A stretch of 64,000 nucleotides of DNA from a virus. A model generated the notes under the pieces. That model did no database searches. It had not been told where the DNA came from and saw nothing but the letters and a program-made list of their open reading frames with translations. Positions within the stretch are counted from its first letter, which is position 1, and each line of letters starts with the position of its first letter. The stretch covers positions 16,692 to 80,691 of the IMG/VR virus record IMGVR_UViG_3300034072_002191. The stretch is one strand, 5' to 3'. The position numbers were made by a program, and so were the translations under genes. Below, piece after piece: positions 52,601 through 61,560 of this stretch.

Positions 52601-54603
52601 GCGTAGAGGCCGTGGCGAAGGCGATCGCGTCTCTCCCGTTCCCTCTCAACATTGCGGCTGGCGCCGCGACGGCGGCGGTGATCGCCTCGCTCGGCATCGC
52701 GATCGGCGGGGCATTCGGCGGGTCCGGTCCGAAGCAGGCGCCGTCCAACACCGGCACCGGCACGGTCCTCGGCGACGCCTCGGCCAAGAGCGAGAGCGTG
52801 AAGCGCGCGATCGACGAGCTCAAGGCCGTCGACACGCTCACCAACGTCTATTCGCGCCAGATGCTCGCATCGCTGAAGTCGATCGATAGCCAGATCAGCG
52901 GCGTCGCATCGGTGATCGTGCGCGGCGGCGACATCAACGCCAGCGCGAACGTCGCGCAGGGGTTCAAGCCCAACCTCATCGGTTCCATTCTTGGCTCCAT
53001 TCCGTTGATCGGGGGCCTGCTCGGCGGCCTGTTCGGCACCCGCACGGACGTGACGGGCAGCGGCATCTATGGTGGACCGCAGACTATCGGCAGCATCAAT
53101 GCCGGCGGCTTCAACGGGCAGGCCTATTCGGACATCACCCGCACGAAGAAGTTCCTCGGCATCGTCTCCGGCCGGTCCTACTCGACCGAATACGGCGCGC
53201 TCGACCCGAACCTCTCGAACCAGTTCACGCTGATCCTCCGCAGCTTCAACGACGCGATCAAGGCCGCAGCGGTGCCGCTCGGGGAATCGACGGACGCCAT
53301 CCAGGCGAAGCTGAACGGGTTCGTCGTGAACATCGGCAAGATCGACCTGAAGGGCCTCACCGGCGAGCAGATCCAGGAGAAGCTGAACGCCGTGTTCGGC
53401 GCGGCCGCCGACAACATGGCCACCGCCGCCTTCCCTCTGATCTCGCAGTTCCAGAAGGTGGGCGAGGGCGCGTTCGAGACGCTGGTGCGCGTCGCGTCGA
53501 CCGTCGAGCAGGTCAGCACCTCGCTCGACCTGCTGGGCACCAGCGCCAAGGGCATGAGCGTTGCGGCCAAGCTGGGGCTGGCGGACCAGTTCGACAGCGT
53601 CTCAGCGCTGAACGACGCGGCGACCGCCTATTTCCAGGCCTTCTACACCTCAGAGGAGCAGGCGGCCGCCAAGACGGCGCAGATGGGCAAGGTCTTCGCC
53701 AGTCTCGGCCTGGCCGTGCCCTCGACGCTCGCCTCCTTCCGCCAGCTGGTGGAGGCGCAGGATCTCACCACCGCCGCCGGCCAGGCGACCTATGCGACCC
53801 TGCTCAAGCTGGCCCCGGCGTTCGCGGACCTTCAGCAGTCCCTGCAGGGGGCGAAGAGCGCCGCCGACATCCTGAGCGAGCGCCAGGACCTGGAGCGCCA
53901 GATCCTCGAATTGCAGGGCAAAACGGACGAGATCCGGAAACTCGATCTCGCCAAGCTCGATGCCAGCAACCGCGCGCTGCAGCTGCAGGTCTGGGCCATT
54001 CAGGACGCGCAGGAAGCGGCCAAGGCGGCGGACGAGCTACGCCAGGCATGGAGCTCGGTCGGTGACAGCATCATGGACGAGGTGAAGCGGATCCGCGGAC
54101 TGGGCGATGTCACCGGCTCCAACACCTTCGCCAGCCTGCTGGGCCAGTTCAACGCCGCCACCATCGCGGCGCGCGGCGGCGATCAGGACGCAGCCAAGTC
54201 GCTGCCGCAGCTTTCGCAGGCGCTGCTCGCAGCGGCGTCGAATGCGGCGACCAGCCGCCAGGAGCTGGCGCGGGTGCAGGCGCAGACGGCGGCCAGCCTC
54301 GAGGTGACCTATGGCGCGATCAACAAGCTGGGCACCGCCGCAACCGCGACCAGCAACACCGCGCTGCTCGCGGCGGCTGCCACCGCGCAGACCGCGACGG
54401 CGGGCTCGAACGACAATACCGCCACCATCGCCGATCTGCGGTCGGAGCTGGCGGCCCTCACCGACGAGGTGAAGCAGTTGCGCAACGACAATAATGCCGG
54501 GCACGCGGCGACCGCCGCCAACACCGGCAAGGCCGCAAAGGCGCTCACCACTGCGCAGGACGCCGCCGGCGGCGTCGCGATCGGCACGAAGGCGGTGGCA
54601 TGA
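49609..54603 (+). CDS. Tail tape measure protein (outer phage)
   Basis: About 1664 aa, Ala-rich helical. Lambda-type LSFQ.QD.FTQ..MG...QGGQ motif. GGAGG RBS. Confidence 0.92.
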   Translation: MDDGSPALEVGFAIDMGNAFDDLAHLQREMNTTEAKVAAEAARIERATSGMLDIGRATAGIRTFGSAATKEAQNAARELARVEKAGESLSRQLERQASTFGKTREEIRAMKVGAAALAAEQQGLSELASRLRAQEAELSAAELKASQDARAEAELAARVKREAADAAIAAAEQEAAAVKRAADGYRIFEAVAKQKSAAYRQSQLETAAEAREAENLAAAAVRLRASIDPAFAAQNRFDTEMANAKRLISAGAIGLDDYAAKLRIERALLDEASDAHQRGGRAVGSNSAALAGLSFQAQDAFTQISMGTNVLSVLAIQGGQAAGQMIYMEGKLGSVARFLIGPWGLAITGGLLVLGALTKGMFDNEEAAKAAEAGMKKFQDRQSDIGNFIDDTTGRLKEQNKTLILNAILARQAQIAANDKEVADSRRKAFDRAGQAALRATQAAPGTTTSGVSFTDDVDVQRVIKAAGNDTGKLAEGLAALAKTRPALAKVALDVSSIGGQAILAQRDNERLNKELRGLAGDTKAFANSSVEAVKRQAALAAATTPLEKAKAQLAIVEAEGAAAVKAGGAAVDQYKQKLVGATLAVKAAEEAQKKQTAANRAAAAAGRREENLQEKLAREAAATEAQTRNLYGLAAAYQESGGAALIAEARVKAESQAIKERGDIDAFVARQVDLAIAQRVADAAKTTAALRDQADVQEQVNAAVAAGTVPAAEAAQIVRDRLADLPLLTALEAKRVQGDVAGAIAVGLALDQQRAARERLTQAEGRARFSAAVQSGTDRLAELREELRLIGATDEARARGLAEFRAQQDAASMKGIKPEDVAAYVKLQGDIAVQTERNRSAQDAYNDSLTFAADKWDLIARNVQRAGQGMADAFGAAGRAIGDLATIYAGFQADRARLDAQHDAQLKRWHGNEAQIARENQKYAIQTSALQIGAYGDAAAAAKSFFSEGSAGYQTLAAAEKAFRAVEFALSVRAMAQDAAETVSAIAKSGARAAAHGVEAVAKAIASLPFPLNIAAGAATAAVIASLGIAIGGAFGGSGPKQAPSNTGTGTVLGDASAKSESVKRAIDELKAVDTLTNVYSRQMLASLKSIDSQISGVASVIVRGGDINASANVAQGFKPNLIGSILGSIPLIGGLLGGLFGTRTDVTGSGIYGGPQTIGSINAGGFNGQAYSDITRTKKFLGIVSGRSYSTEYGALDPNLSNQFTLILRSFNDAIKAAAVPLGESTDAIQAKLNGFVVNIGKIDLKGLTGEQIQEKLNAVFGAAADNMATAAFPLISQFQKVGEGAFETLVRVASTVEQVSTSLDLLGTSAKGMSVAAKLGLADQFDSVSALNDAATAYFQAFYTSEEQAAAKTAQMGKVFASLGLAVPSTLASFRQLVEAQDLTTAAGQATYATLLKLAPAFADLQQSLQGAKSAADILSERQDLERQILELQGKTDEIRKLDLAKLDASNRALQLQVWAIQDAQEAAKAADELRQAWSSVGDSIMDEVKRIRGLGDVTGSNTFASLLGQFNAATIAARGGDQDAAKSLPQLSQALLAAASNAATSRQELARVQAQTAASLEVTYGAINKLGTAATATSNTALLAAAATAQTATAGSNDNTATIADLRSELAALTDEVKQLRNDNNAGHAATAANTGKAAKALTTAQDAAGGVAIGTKAVA

Positions 54604-57600
54604 AGGTCGTACGCCCTCTGCCGATCAGCCTCACCGCGTCTTCGGTGCCGGAGAACGACTATCCGGCATGGGATACGGGCGCCACCTATGCGCTTGGCGC
54701 GCGGGTGATCGTCGCCGGGCTGCACCGCGTTTTCGAGAGCGTCATCGCGGGCAACCAGGGCCACAACCCGGCGACGGCCGGCGCTGGCTTCTGGATCGAC
54801 GCTGGTCCCACGAATCGCTGGGCGATGTTCGATCCCGCCGCGGGGCCGGCAACCAGCGCGACGGCGGCGATCGTCGTCACGCTGGCGCTGCCCGATGCCG
54901 TTGACGCGATCGGGCTGGTTGACCTGCAGGCCGCGAGCGTGCGGGTGGAGATCGCCACGGCGGCCGGCAGCATCTTCGACGAGACGCGTGGCGCACCGGC
55001 GGCGTGCGAGGTATTCCTGACGCTGCCGGCCGGCGCCGCGCGCTCGGCGACCGTCACGATCACGCCAGCCGCCGGTGCGGCGGCGATCGTCGGCAAGCTC
55101 GTGGCCGGCGCATCGCTCGACCTGGGCACGCTCGCCGATGCGCCGACGGTCGGGCTCACCGACTTCAGCCGCCGCGATACCGATCAGTTCGGCGTCACCA
55201 CGATCGTGCAGCGCGGCTGGACGAAGCGCATCGAGGGCAAGTGCCGCGTCGATACCGCGGCGGTGGATGGCATCCAGCGACAGCTGGCCGCCATCCGCGC
55301 GCAGGCGGCGCTGTGGATCGGGGAGGGGGATATCCCCAGCCTGATCAGCTATGGCTTCTTCAAGGACTTCTCCCAGATCGTCAGCCTGCAGGGGATCAGC
55401 ACCTGCTCGCTTTCGATCGACGGCCTGCCGGCGGCCGACATCGCGGTACCGGTGTCGGATCCAGCATTCGAGGGCGTGAGCGACTTTCAGGTCGTGCGGC
55501 CGCTCGCCGTCACCGATGCGGTGCTGATCGCGTCGAGCGTCGCAGAGAACGACTATCCGGTCTATTCACCCGACCGCACCTATATCGCCGGCGAGCGCGT
55601 GCTCGATCTCTCCGCGCACCGGGTCTATGAGAGCGCGGCGGGCGGGAACAAGGGCAACCTGCCGGGCGCGGATACCACGCACTGGGTCGATGTCGGTCCT
55701 GCCAAGCGCTGGGCGATGTTCGATCAGGCGCTTGGCACCGCAACCACCGCCGCGGGCTCTATCACTGTCCAGCTGCGCCCGGACAGCTCCATCGACTCGC
55801 TCGCCCTGCTCGACGTCGTCGCGACCAGCGTCCGCGTTCAGTCTCCCGGCTACGATCGGACGCAGACCCTCCCGCCGGACAGCACCACCGCGCTGTTCCT
55901 CGACCTCGCGGTCGCGGCGGGCGCCGATGTAACAGTGACGGTTACCGCCAGCGCTGGCGCCGTCTCGGTCGGTACGCTGCTGATCGGTGCGCGGGAAGGC
56001 CTTGGCCTGCTCGCGGACGCCCCGACCGTGTCCATCATCGATTTCTCTTCGAAGGAGACCGACGACTTCGGAAACACGGTGCCGGTGGAGCGCGCCTGGG
56101 CGAAGCGCATGGAGGCACAAAGCCAGGTTGCGACGCCCGCGGTCGACGCCTTGCTGCGGCGGATCGCGACGCTTCGGGCGGTGCCGGCGCTTTGGATCGG
56201 GGCGGCCGAGTTCGAGGCGCTCACGATCTACGGTTTCTTTCGCAATTTCGCGGCGACCCTGGGCGCGCAGGTCAGCACGACCTCGGTTACCATCGAGGGG
56301 CTCGCAAAGGCAGCGCCGGACGTTCCGTCCGATGAGGTCGTGAGGTGGGAAAATATCACCGGGCCGGGCAAGCCTGCCGACAATGCAACGGTGGGTGCGC
56401 CTCCGGGCACGAATGTTGGAGATGTGCCCGCCGAGCAGATTGCCGACGCGGTGAAGGACGCGAATGGCAACGTGGTGCCGGCGCGGCAGCAGTTCGCGGC
56501 GGTCAAGGCGGAGATCGATGCGGCAGTCTCCGACGCGCAAGACGAGGCAGCGGCCGCGCGCGATGACGTTGCCTCGGCCCGGAACGACCTCGCCATCGAG
56601 GTGCAGCGCGCCAAGGACGCGGAGGGCGCGATCAACGTCACGCTCGCAGCGGTGAAATCGACGGCGGATGGTGCATCTGCGGCCGTCACCGACGAGGCGA
56701 CGGTGCGAGCGCGGGACGATATCGCGCTGAGCAACAGGGTCTCCACGACCGAGGCCCAGTTGAGCGGCGGCCAGGATAGCGGCCTGCGCGCCCGGATCGT
56801 CACCGAGGAGACTACCCGCGCCAATCAGGACAATGCGATCGCTGCCCGGGTGTCCACGACCGAGGCCCAGCTGAACGGCAGCCAGGACAGCAACCTGCGG
56901 GCGCGCATCGCGACCGAGGAGACCACCCGCGCGAGCCAGGATGCAGCGCTGGCGAACCGGGCAAGCGCGATCGAAGCGATCGCGGTAATTGATGGCGCAT
57001 CGCTGAACGGGAACCCCACATTCAAGGTCTGGGGCAATCCGTTGGCGCCTCCTGACGGGTGGGTGTGGTGGGATGCCTCCGCGGGAATCGTCCGAGCAAG
57101 CGGGGTGAATGGCCGGCCTTTTGCTGCGCAATTCAACGCCTCGGCCAACCAGAACAGCGGCATCATGCAAGGCCTAAACGCTGCCTTCGGCGCTTTCGTG
57201 ATTGAGTTCACGGGCCGCGCGTCGGACTGGCAGGGTGCCGGCGTGCTGGCGCAGTTCCTGACTGACACGGGAGTCTGGGTTGAAGAGTGTAGAGTCTCCG
57301 CAGCTGCGACCCCGGACAGCTCGGGATACCAGAGTGCAGACGGCGGTGGCGGAGCTTACACGCGGACGTTCAGCGCCTTCTATAAAACGGGCATCAATGG
57401 TGCGATAAGGCGGGTCCAGCTCTTCGCGATGGCGAATTGGGACTACTTCGGCGAGCGTCGCGCCAAGACCATCGCGTTCGACCGTGTGTCGATCCGCCCC
57501 GCCACCGCTGCCGAGATTGCCGGCCAGCGGGCCGATATCTCTGCCACTGAAGCGCTGGGCCGCATCACCACCGAGGAGACGACGCGGGCCAATCAGGATA

Positions 57601-58040
57601 CGGCTCTCGCGAACCGCATCACCACCACCGAGGCGCAGCTTGCAGGCTCGCAGGGCAGCAACCTGCAGAGCCGGGTCGCGAACGAAGAGACGGCTCGCGC
57701 CAATCAGGATGCAGCGCTGGCGAATCGCACAACTACCGTCGAGGCGCAGCTGAACGGCACCCAGGGCAGCGCGCTCGGATCTCGCGTCACGACAACCGAG
57801 AGTGCGATCGCCAACCTGAATGGTCGAACGTCGGCATATTGGCAGGTGCTCGCCGTTGCCGGCAATAATCGTGCGCAGATGACCCTCCACGCGGACGCGA
57901 ATGGTGGTGCTGGCGTGGATATCGTCGGCGATGTCACGATCACCGGCAGCGATGGGGATGGGAGTGCCGTGATCGGTGGGCGCGGGGTCTTCACCTATTA
58001 CCCGAACGGTGCCCCGTGCGTGCGCCTGGGGCGGTGGTGA
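54600..58040 (+). CDS. Tail-tip protein: tandem duplicated ~290-aa domain plus central fibre
   Basis: Two copies of VVRPL...SSV.ENDY...HRV.ES...W.D.GP..RWAMFD. 37-aa repeats, a CBM-like insert and C-terminal VRLGRW. Confidence 0.85.
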   Translation: MKVVRPLPISLTASSVPENDYPAWDTGATYALGARVIVAGLHRVFESVIAGNQGHNPATAGAGFWIDAGPTNRWAMFDPAAGPATSATAAIVVTLALPDAVDAIGLVDLQAASVRVEIATAAGSIFDETRGAPAACEVFLTLPAGAARSATVTITPAAGAAAIVGKLVAGASLDLGTLADAPTVGLTDFSRRDTDQFGVTTIVQRGWTKRIEGKCRVDTAAVDGIQRQLAAIRAQAALWIGEGDIPSLISYGFFKDFSQIVSLQGISTCSLSIDGLPAADIAVPVSDPAFEGVSDFQVVRPLAVTDAVLIASSVAENDYPVYSPDRTYIAGERVLDLSAHRVYESAAGGNKGNLPGADTTHWVDVGPAKRWAMFDQALGTATTAAGSITVQLRPDSSIDSLALLDVVATSVRVQSPGYDRTQTLPPDSTTALFLDLAVAAGADVTVTVTASAGAVSVGTLLIGAREGLGLLADAPTVSIIDFSSKETDDFGNTVPVERAWAKRMEAQSQVATPAVDALLRRIATLRAVPALWIGAAEFEALTIYGFFRNFAATLGAQVSTTSVTIEGLAKAAPDVPSDEVVRWENITGPGKPADNATVGAPPGTNVGDVPAEQIADAVKDANGNVVPARQQFAAVKAEIDAAVSDAQDEAAAARDDVASARNDLAIEVQRAKDAEGAINVTLAAVKSTADGASAAVTDEATVRARDDIALSNRVSTTEAQLSGGQDSGLRARIVTEETTRANQDNAIAARVSTTEAQLNGSQDSNLRARIATEETTRASQDAALANRASAIEAIAVIDGASLNGNPTFKVWGNPLAPPDGWVWWDASAGIVRASGVNGRPFAAQFNASANQNSGIMQGLNAAFGAFVIEFTGRASDWQGAGVLAQFLTDTGVWVEECRVSAAATPDSSGYQSADGGGGAYTRTFSAFYKTGINGAIRRVQLFAMANWDYFGERRAKTIAFDRVSIRPATAAEIAGQRADISATEALGRITTEETTRANQDTALANRITTTEAQLAGSQGSNLQSRVANEETARANQDAALANRTTTVEAQLNGTQGSALGSRVTTTESAIANLNGRTSAYWQVLAVAGNNRAQMTLHADANGGAGVDIVGDVTITGSDGDGSAVIGGRGVFTYYPNGAPCVRLGRW
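56690..57800 (+). repeat. 111-bp (37-aa) imperfect tandem repeats in two blocks flanking a variable domain
   Basis: EETTRANQD.A.A.R..T.EAQL.G.Q.S.L..R units at about 56690-56970 and 57565-57800. Confidence 0.8.
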
Positions 58041-58041
58041 A

Positions 58042-58389
58042 ATGCCCTCAGGCTTGATGCTTTCCCTGTCCGATGGGACGGTCACCTTCGATCAGACGAT
58101 GCCTCTGGTGAAGTTCCTCGGCACGATCACGATCGGCGCGGACTACACGGGCGCCGCGTACCAGGGCAGCATCTACGACCCGCGCATCACCCAGTACGCC
58201 CTCCATCGGCCCGATTGGTGCCGGATCGACGGCGGGTTCAATTCGGAGGCGATCGATGCGAGGTGGCAGTTCGATGGGAATAGCCTGATCTGGACCTATC
58301 CGATCCAGCAGCCTCAGTACGTCACCGTCAACGGGTCGAGCTTCCTCATAAATCGTCCGAAGCAGACGATCAGCTATTTCCTGGTCTGA
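58042..58389 (+). CDS. Small tail-tip accessory protein
   Basis: MPSGLML...DG...FD....VKFLG. Counterpart of 3276..3572. Confidence 0.7.
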   Translation: MPSGLMLSLSDGTVTFDQTMPLVKFLGTITIGADYTGAAYQGSIYDPRITQYALHRPDWCRIDGGFNSEAIDARWQFDGNSLIWTYPIQQPQYVTVNGSSFLINRPKQTISYFLV

Positions 58390-59159
58390 TGCCGGTCGGA
58401 TTCGAAACCTATGATCCGAGCGGGAAGCTCCAGATCACCAGCGAGCTGCTCATCTATGTGCTGCGCGTCAGCGGCACGACCTTTGTTGAAAATCAACAGG
58501 TCGGCAACACGTGCCCCACCAGTTTCCGCGTCCCGACCACACAGACGTTCACCGACGCCCTGGTCGCGATCGGGGGAGGGGGCGGATATGCCGCAGCTTT
58601 CGCGGGGACCTGGGTGTCCGGAGAGCGCATTTTCGGCACGAACGCTCCCGTCGGCACGGCGTTCAACTATTTCGTTTTCGAGCGAAGCAATACCTATCCC
58701 GCCACCAATTTCGGCATCGAGGTGCGGCGTCCGACCGCGGAGATCGTATTCTCCACGAGCCAACGCGTCATGCGCGTCGTGCAGATCCTCGACTTGCCTA
58801 CCGGAGACGATGGTGAGGTGACGGTGCCGGGGCGGCAGCTCGCCTGGTGCCAGGGAGCATGGGCGGCGCACCGCATCGCAGGTCCCTTGCTCGCGGATAA
58901 TGGCGGCGGTCCTATCATCGTGGACCCGGGCACCCCCGGAGAGGGCGGTCAAGTCCAGTACCGCTGGCAGAACGATGGCAAGATCTATGGCGGCTGCCTG
59001 GCGAATGGTGGCGCGACGGTGCGCTCGGCGCAGGTCAGCTACGACGATGTGATGATCGGCCCGACGACCGATCCAAACCAGCCACCAGATTACCTCCTGC
59101 CTTTGAAGCTCTTCATCGTCGACGTGACCGGTCTGCCGGTGGGCGTCCAATTCTACTGA
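58389..59159 (+). CDS. Tail-tip accessory protein
   Basis: MPVGFETYDPSGKLQI, NFGIEV.....IVFS. Counterpart of 2584..3279. Confidence 0.7.
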   Translation: MPVGFETYDPSGKLQITSELLIYVLRVSGTTFVENQQVGNTCPTSFRVPTTQTFTDALVAIGGGGGYAAAFAGTWVSGERIFGTNAPVGTAFNYFVFERSNTYPATNFGIEVRRPTAEIVFSTSQRVMRVVQILDLPTGDDGEVTVPGRQLAWCQGAWAAHRIAGPLLADNGGGPIIVDPGTPGEGGQVQYRWQNDGKIYGGCLANGGATVRSAQVSYDDVMIGPTTDPNQPPDYLLPLKLFIVDVTGLPVGVQFY

Positions 59160-59169
59160 GGTGCACGAC

Positions 59170-59496
59170 ATGGCCGACATCATCACCGACGAACAAGCCG
59201 CCCAGATGCGGGAGCAGCTGGCGACCTGGGAGCGCCAGAAAGCCTACCAGGCTGCGCTCGCGCGGCATCAGCTCTATCTCGCGGTCAAGCCGATCGTGGA
59301 AAGCGAGGCTTTCATCGACATCCACCAGCAGCTCACAGAGCTACGGGCAAACGGGCCAAAGGATGACAGCTTTTTCGGCATTGGCATCGAGGCGGTCTAT
59401 CAGGGGATGACCGGCCTCGGCATCAACGTCGCGCAGTGGGTGGATCCAACGGCTCCGACCGACGCGCAGCCGCCGGCAGGGGATGCCGGCGCATGA
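59170..59496 (+). CDS. Hypothetical protein (possible fibre chaperone)
   Basis: GAGG RBS before ATG 59170, helical. Confidence 0.6.
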   Translation: MADIITDEQAAQMREQLATWERQKAYQAALARHQLYLAVKPIVESEAFIDIHQQLTELRANGPKDDSFFGIGIEAVYQGMTGLGINVAQWVDPTAPTDAQPPAGDAGA

Positions 59497-59978
59497 ATAT
59501 CACCATGAAAGGGGCAATGCCGATGTCGCCGGTCTTCGAAACGGTGCTGGCGAAATACGGCTGGATCCTGATCGGGATCACGTTCGGCTTCGCGGCGAAA
59601 TATGCGCTGCTGATCAAGCGCGGGGTGCAGGTGAAGGCGCGGTTGGTCTTCGCTGACCTGCTGCTGCTGCCGATGGTGGCGCTGATCGCCTATTGGCTCG
59701 CCACCCGCGCCGGCTTCGAGGCCGAGGCCGCGGCGCTGTTCTCCGCGCTCTGCACGGTCGGCGCGGATCGGCTGGTCAAGCTGCTCACCGATCGCTTCCT
59801 GCAGCGCGTGGACAGCGAGGCGGCGGCGATCGCGAACAGCATCGTCGGCACGGCGCGAAACACCACCCAGGCGGAGCTTTCCGCCGTCGCCCTGGTCGAG
59901 GCTGCGCGCGAGGGCCGCGCGCCGGCCGAATATGTGGCGCTGAAGCCGCACCCGCAGGCGCCGAAGTCGGGCGCCTAA
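59493..59978 (+). CDS. Putative holin
   Basis: About three TM segments, directly before the endolysin. Alternative ATGs at 59505/59517/59523. Confidence 0.7.
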   Translation: MNITMKGAMPMSPVFETVLAKYGWILIGITFGFAAKYALLIKRGVQVKARLVFADLLLLPMVALIAYWLATRAGFEAEAAALFSALCTVGADRLVKLLTDRFLQRVDSEAAAIANSIVGTARNTTQAELSAVALVEAAREGRAPAEYVALKPHPQAPKSGA

Positions 59979-60001
59979 CCCTCCAACCCGGAGACATCGA
60001 C

Positions 60002-60694
60002 ATGGACCTGACGACGCTGCGGCGGCGGCTGGTGGCGCTTGGCCAGCAGCCGGGCGCCGAGGGCGCGCCTTTCGGTGCCGCCGACCGCGCGGCAATCGCG
60101 ACCGCGCTCACCGATGGCCCTGACTATCGCCTGGATGCGCACGACATCGAGGACGCGGCCGACCGGCTGAAGGTCGATCCGGCGGCGGTGTGGGCTGTCT
60201 GGGACGTCGAGGGCAGCGCCTCGCCATTCATCGACGGCCGGCCGACGATCCTATTCGAGCCGCACCGCTTCAGCCGCGCGACCGGCCACCGGTACGATGC
60301 GAGCCATCCGAAGATCTCGTCGCGGGCGTGGAACCGTGCGCTGTACCCGGCGAGCCAGGCGGGCCGGTGGCAGCAGCTGCTCGACGCGGTGGCGCTCGAT
60401 GTCGATGCCGGGTTTGCCAGCGCCAGCTATGGCGGCTTCCAGATCCTGGGCGAGAACTATGCCATCTGCGGCGCAACCTCGCCCTGGGCCTTCGCCTGGC
60501 AGCAATCGCAGACCGAGGCCGACCAGCTCGACGCGTTCCTGCGGTTCGTGGAGGGGAGGGGCCTCGCGGCCGCACTGCGCCGGCAGGACTGGGCGACATT
60601 CGCCCGCGGCTACAATGGCAGTGCGTACCGCGAGAACCGGTACGACACCCGGCTGGCCGCCGCCTTCGCCAAGCGCCGCGCAGGTGGCGCGTGA
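60002..60694 (+). CDS. Endolysin, N-acetylmuramidase (DUF3380-type)
   Basis: AV..VE, P.ILFE.H.F, SAS.G.FQILG.N, W..FAR.YNG..Y..N.YD.RL. GGAG RBS. Confidence 0.92.
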   Translation: MDLTTLRRRLVALGQQPGAEGAPFGAADRAAIATALTDGPDYRLDAHDIEDAADRLKVDPAAVWAVWDVEGSASPFIDGRPTILFEPHRFSRATGHRYDASHPKISSRAWNRALYPASQAGRWQQLLDAVALDVDAGFASASYGGFQILGENYAICGATSPWAFAWQQSQTEADQLDAFLRFVEGRGLAAALRRQDWATFARGYNGSAYRENRYDTRLAAAFAKRRAGGA

Positions 60695-60927
60695 ATCCGC
60701 GCGAGCAGCTGATCGCCTATCTGGCGACGCTCGCCGCGCTCGTCGTGGTGCTGCTCGGCGCCATGATCATCGCCGCGCTGTCCAACAGCATCATCGGCAA
60801 GATGGAGGCGTTCGGCCTTGGCACCGTGACCGGTGGCCTGATCGGCCTGATGCGGCTGCCGTCCGCCCGGCCGATCGAGCCCGCCGGCACGCCGAGCGAC
60901 CCCGTCAGCACAAAGGAAGCGCAATGA
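60691..60927 (+). CDS. Small two-TM lysis-cassette protein
   Basis: GTG overlaps the endolysin stop. Two hydrophobic segments. Confidence 0.65.
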   Translation: MNPREQLIAYLATLAALVVVLLGAMIIAALSNSIIGKMEAFGLGTVTGGLIGLMRLPSARPIEPAGTPSDPVSTKEAQ

Positions 60928-61523
60928 ACCTGCAACGCTATGTCGCGCTGGGGCTTGCCCTGGCGCTCGCGATCGCGCTCGCCGTGATCGGAGACCTGTC
61001 CCACAAGGTGGAGGCGTTCCGCACCGTCACCTCGGGCGCTGCGCACGTGGCCGACAAGAACGGGAATCCGGTCACACTCTCCACCAAGGCGGCCCTCGCG
61101 CAGATCCGGATCCTCGGCACCGCGGTCGACCAGGCGCGCCAGGCGCGCGCCGACGCCGCGGCGAGGGATGCAGCCCACGTCATCACCGTCGAGCGCGCCG
61201 ATGCGCGCGCCAATCAGGAGGTATCGTCCGATGTTCTCGCGAAACTCGATCGCGTGCAGGCTGAGCTTGCCGCTTCTCGCGCTCTCGCTGCTCAGCGCCT
61301 GCGGGAGCTTGCAGCGGCCAGAGCCGCTCAAGGTGGTGGCGGAGCGCCGGCAGGCGCCGAAGATCCCGACGCCACCTGCCGAGCTGCTTTCGCCGCCGAC
61401 TGTGACGGCGTTCTTGCCCTCCTCGCGGCAGGCGAGCGGCAAACCGCCCAGCTCGTCGGCTGGCAAGCCTGGTGGGCCAAGATAGCGGCGAACCACGCCG
61501 ACGACGCGGAGCCCGCCCGGTGA
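60924..61523 (+). CDS. i-spanin (Rz-like)
   Basis: N-terminal TM (YVALGLALALAIALAVI), helical body, C-terminal Cys residues. Confidence 0.75.
   Translation: MNLQRYVALGLALALAIALAVIGDLSHKVEAFRTVTSGAAHVADKNGNPVTLSTKAALAQIRILGTAVDQARQARADAAARDAAHVITVERADARANQEVSSDVLAKLDRVQAELAASRALAAQRLRELAAARAAQGGGGAPAGAEDPDATCRAAFAADCDGVLALLAAGERQTAQLVGWQAWWAKIAANHADDAEPAR
61231..61485 (+). CDS. o-spanin (Rz1-like lipoprotein) embedded in the i-spanin gene
   Basis: AGGAGG at 61216, lipobox LLSAC, Pro-rich, +1 frame. Confidence 0.8.
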   Translation: MFSRNSIACRLSLPLLALSLLSACGSLQRPEPLKVVAERRQAPKIPTPPAELLSPPTVTAFLPSSRQASGKPPSSSAGKPGGPR

Positions 61524-61560
61524 CCCCGCTGCCAGTGACCTTGCCCATCGGAGACCGCGC

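Noticed and set aside
51226-57170. Long antisense ORFs (51226..52599, 55566..57170)
   Set aside because: Shadows of the TMP and tail-tip genes.
56690-57800. Repeats as a CRISPR array or DGR template/variable repeat pair
   Set aside because: They are in-frame coding repeats without unique spacers or adenine-specific differences, and no cas or reverse transcriptase gene is in the window.
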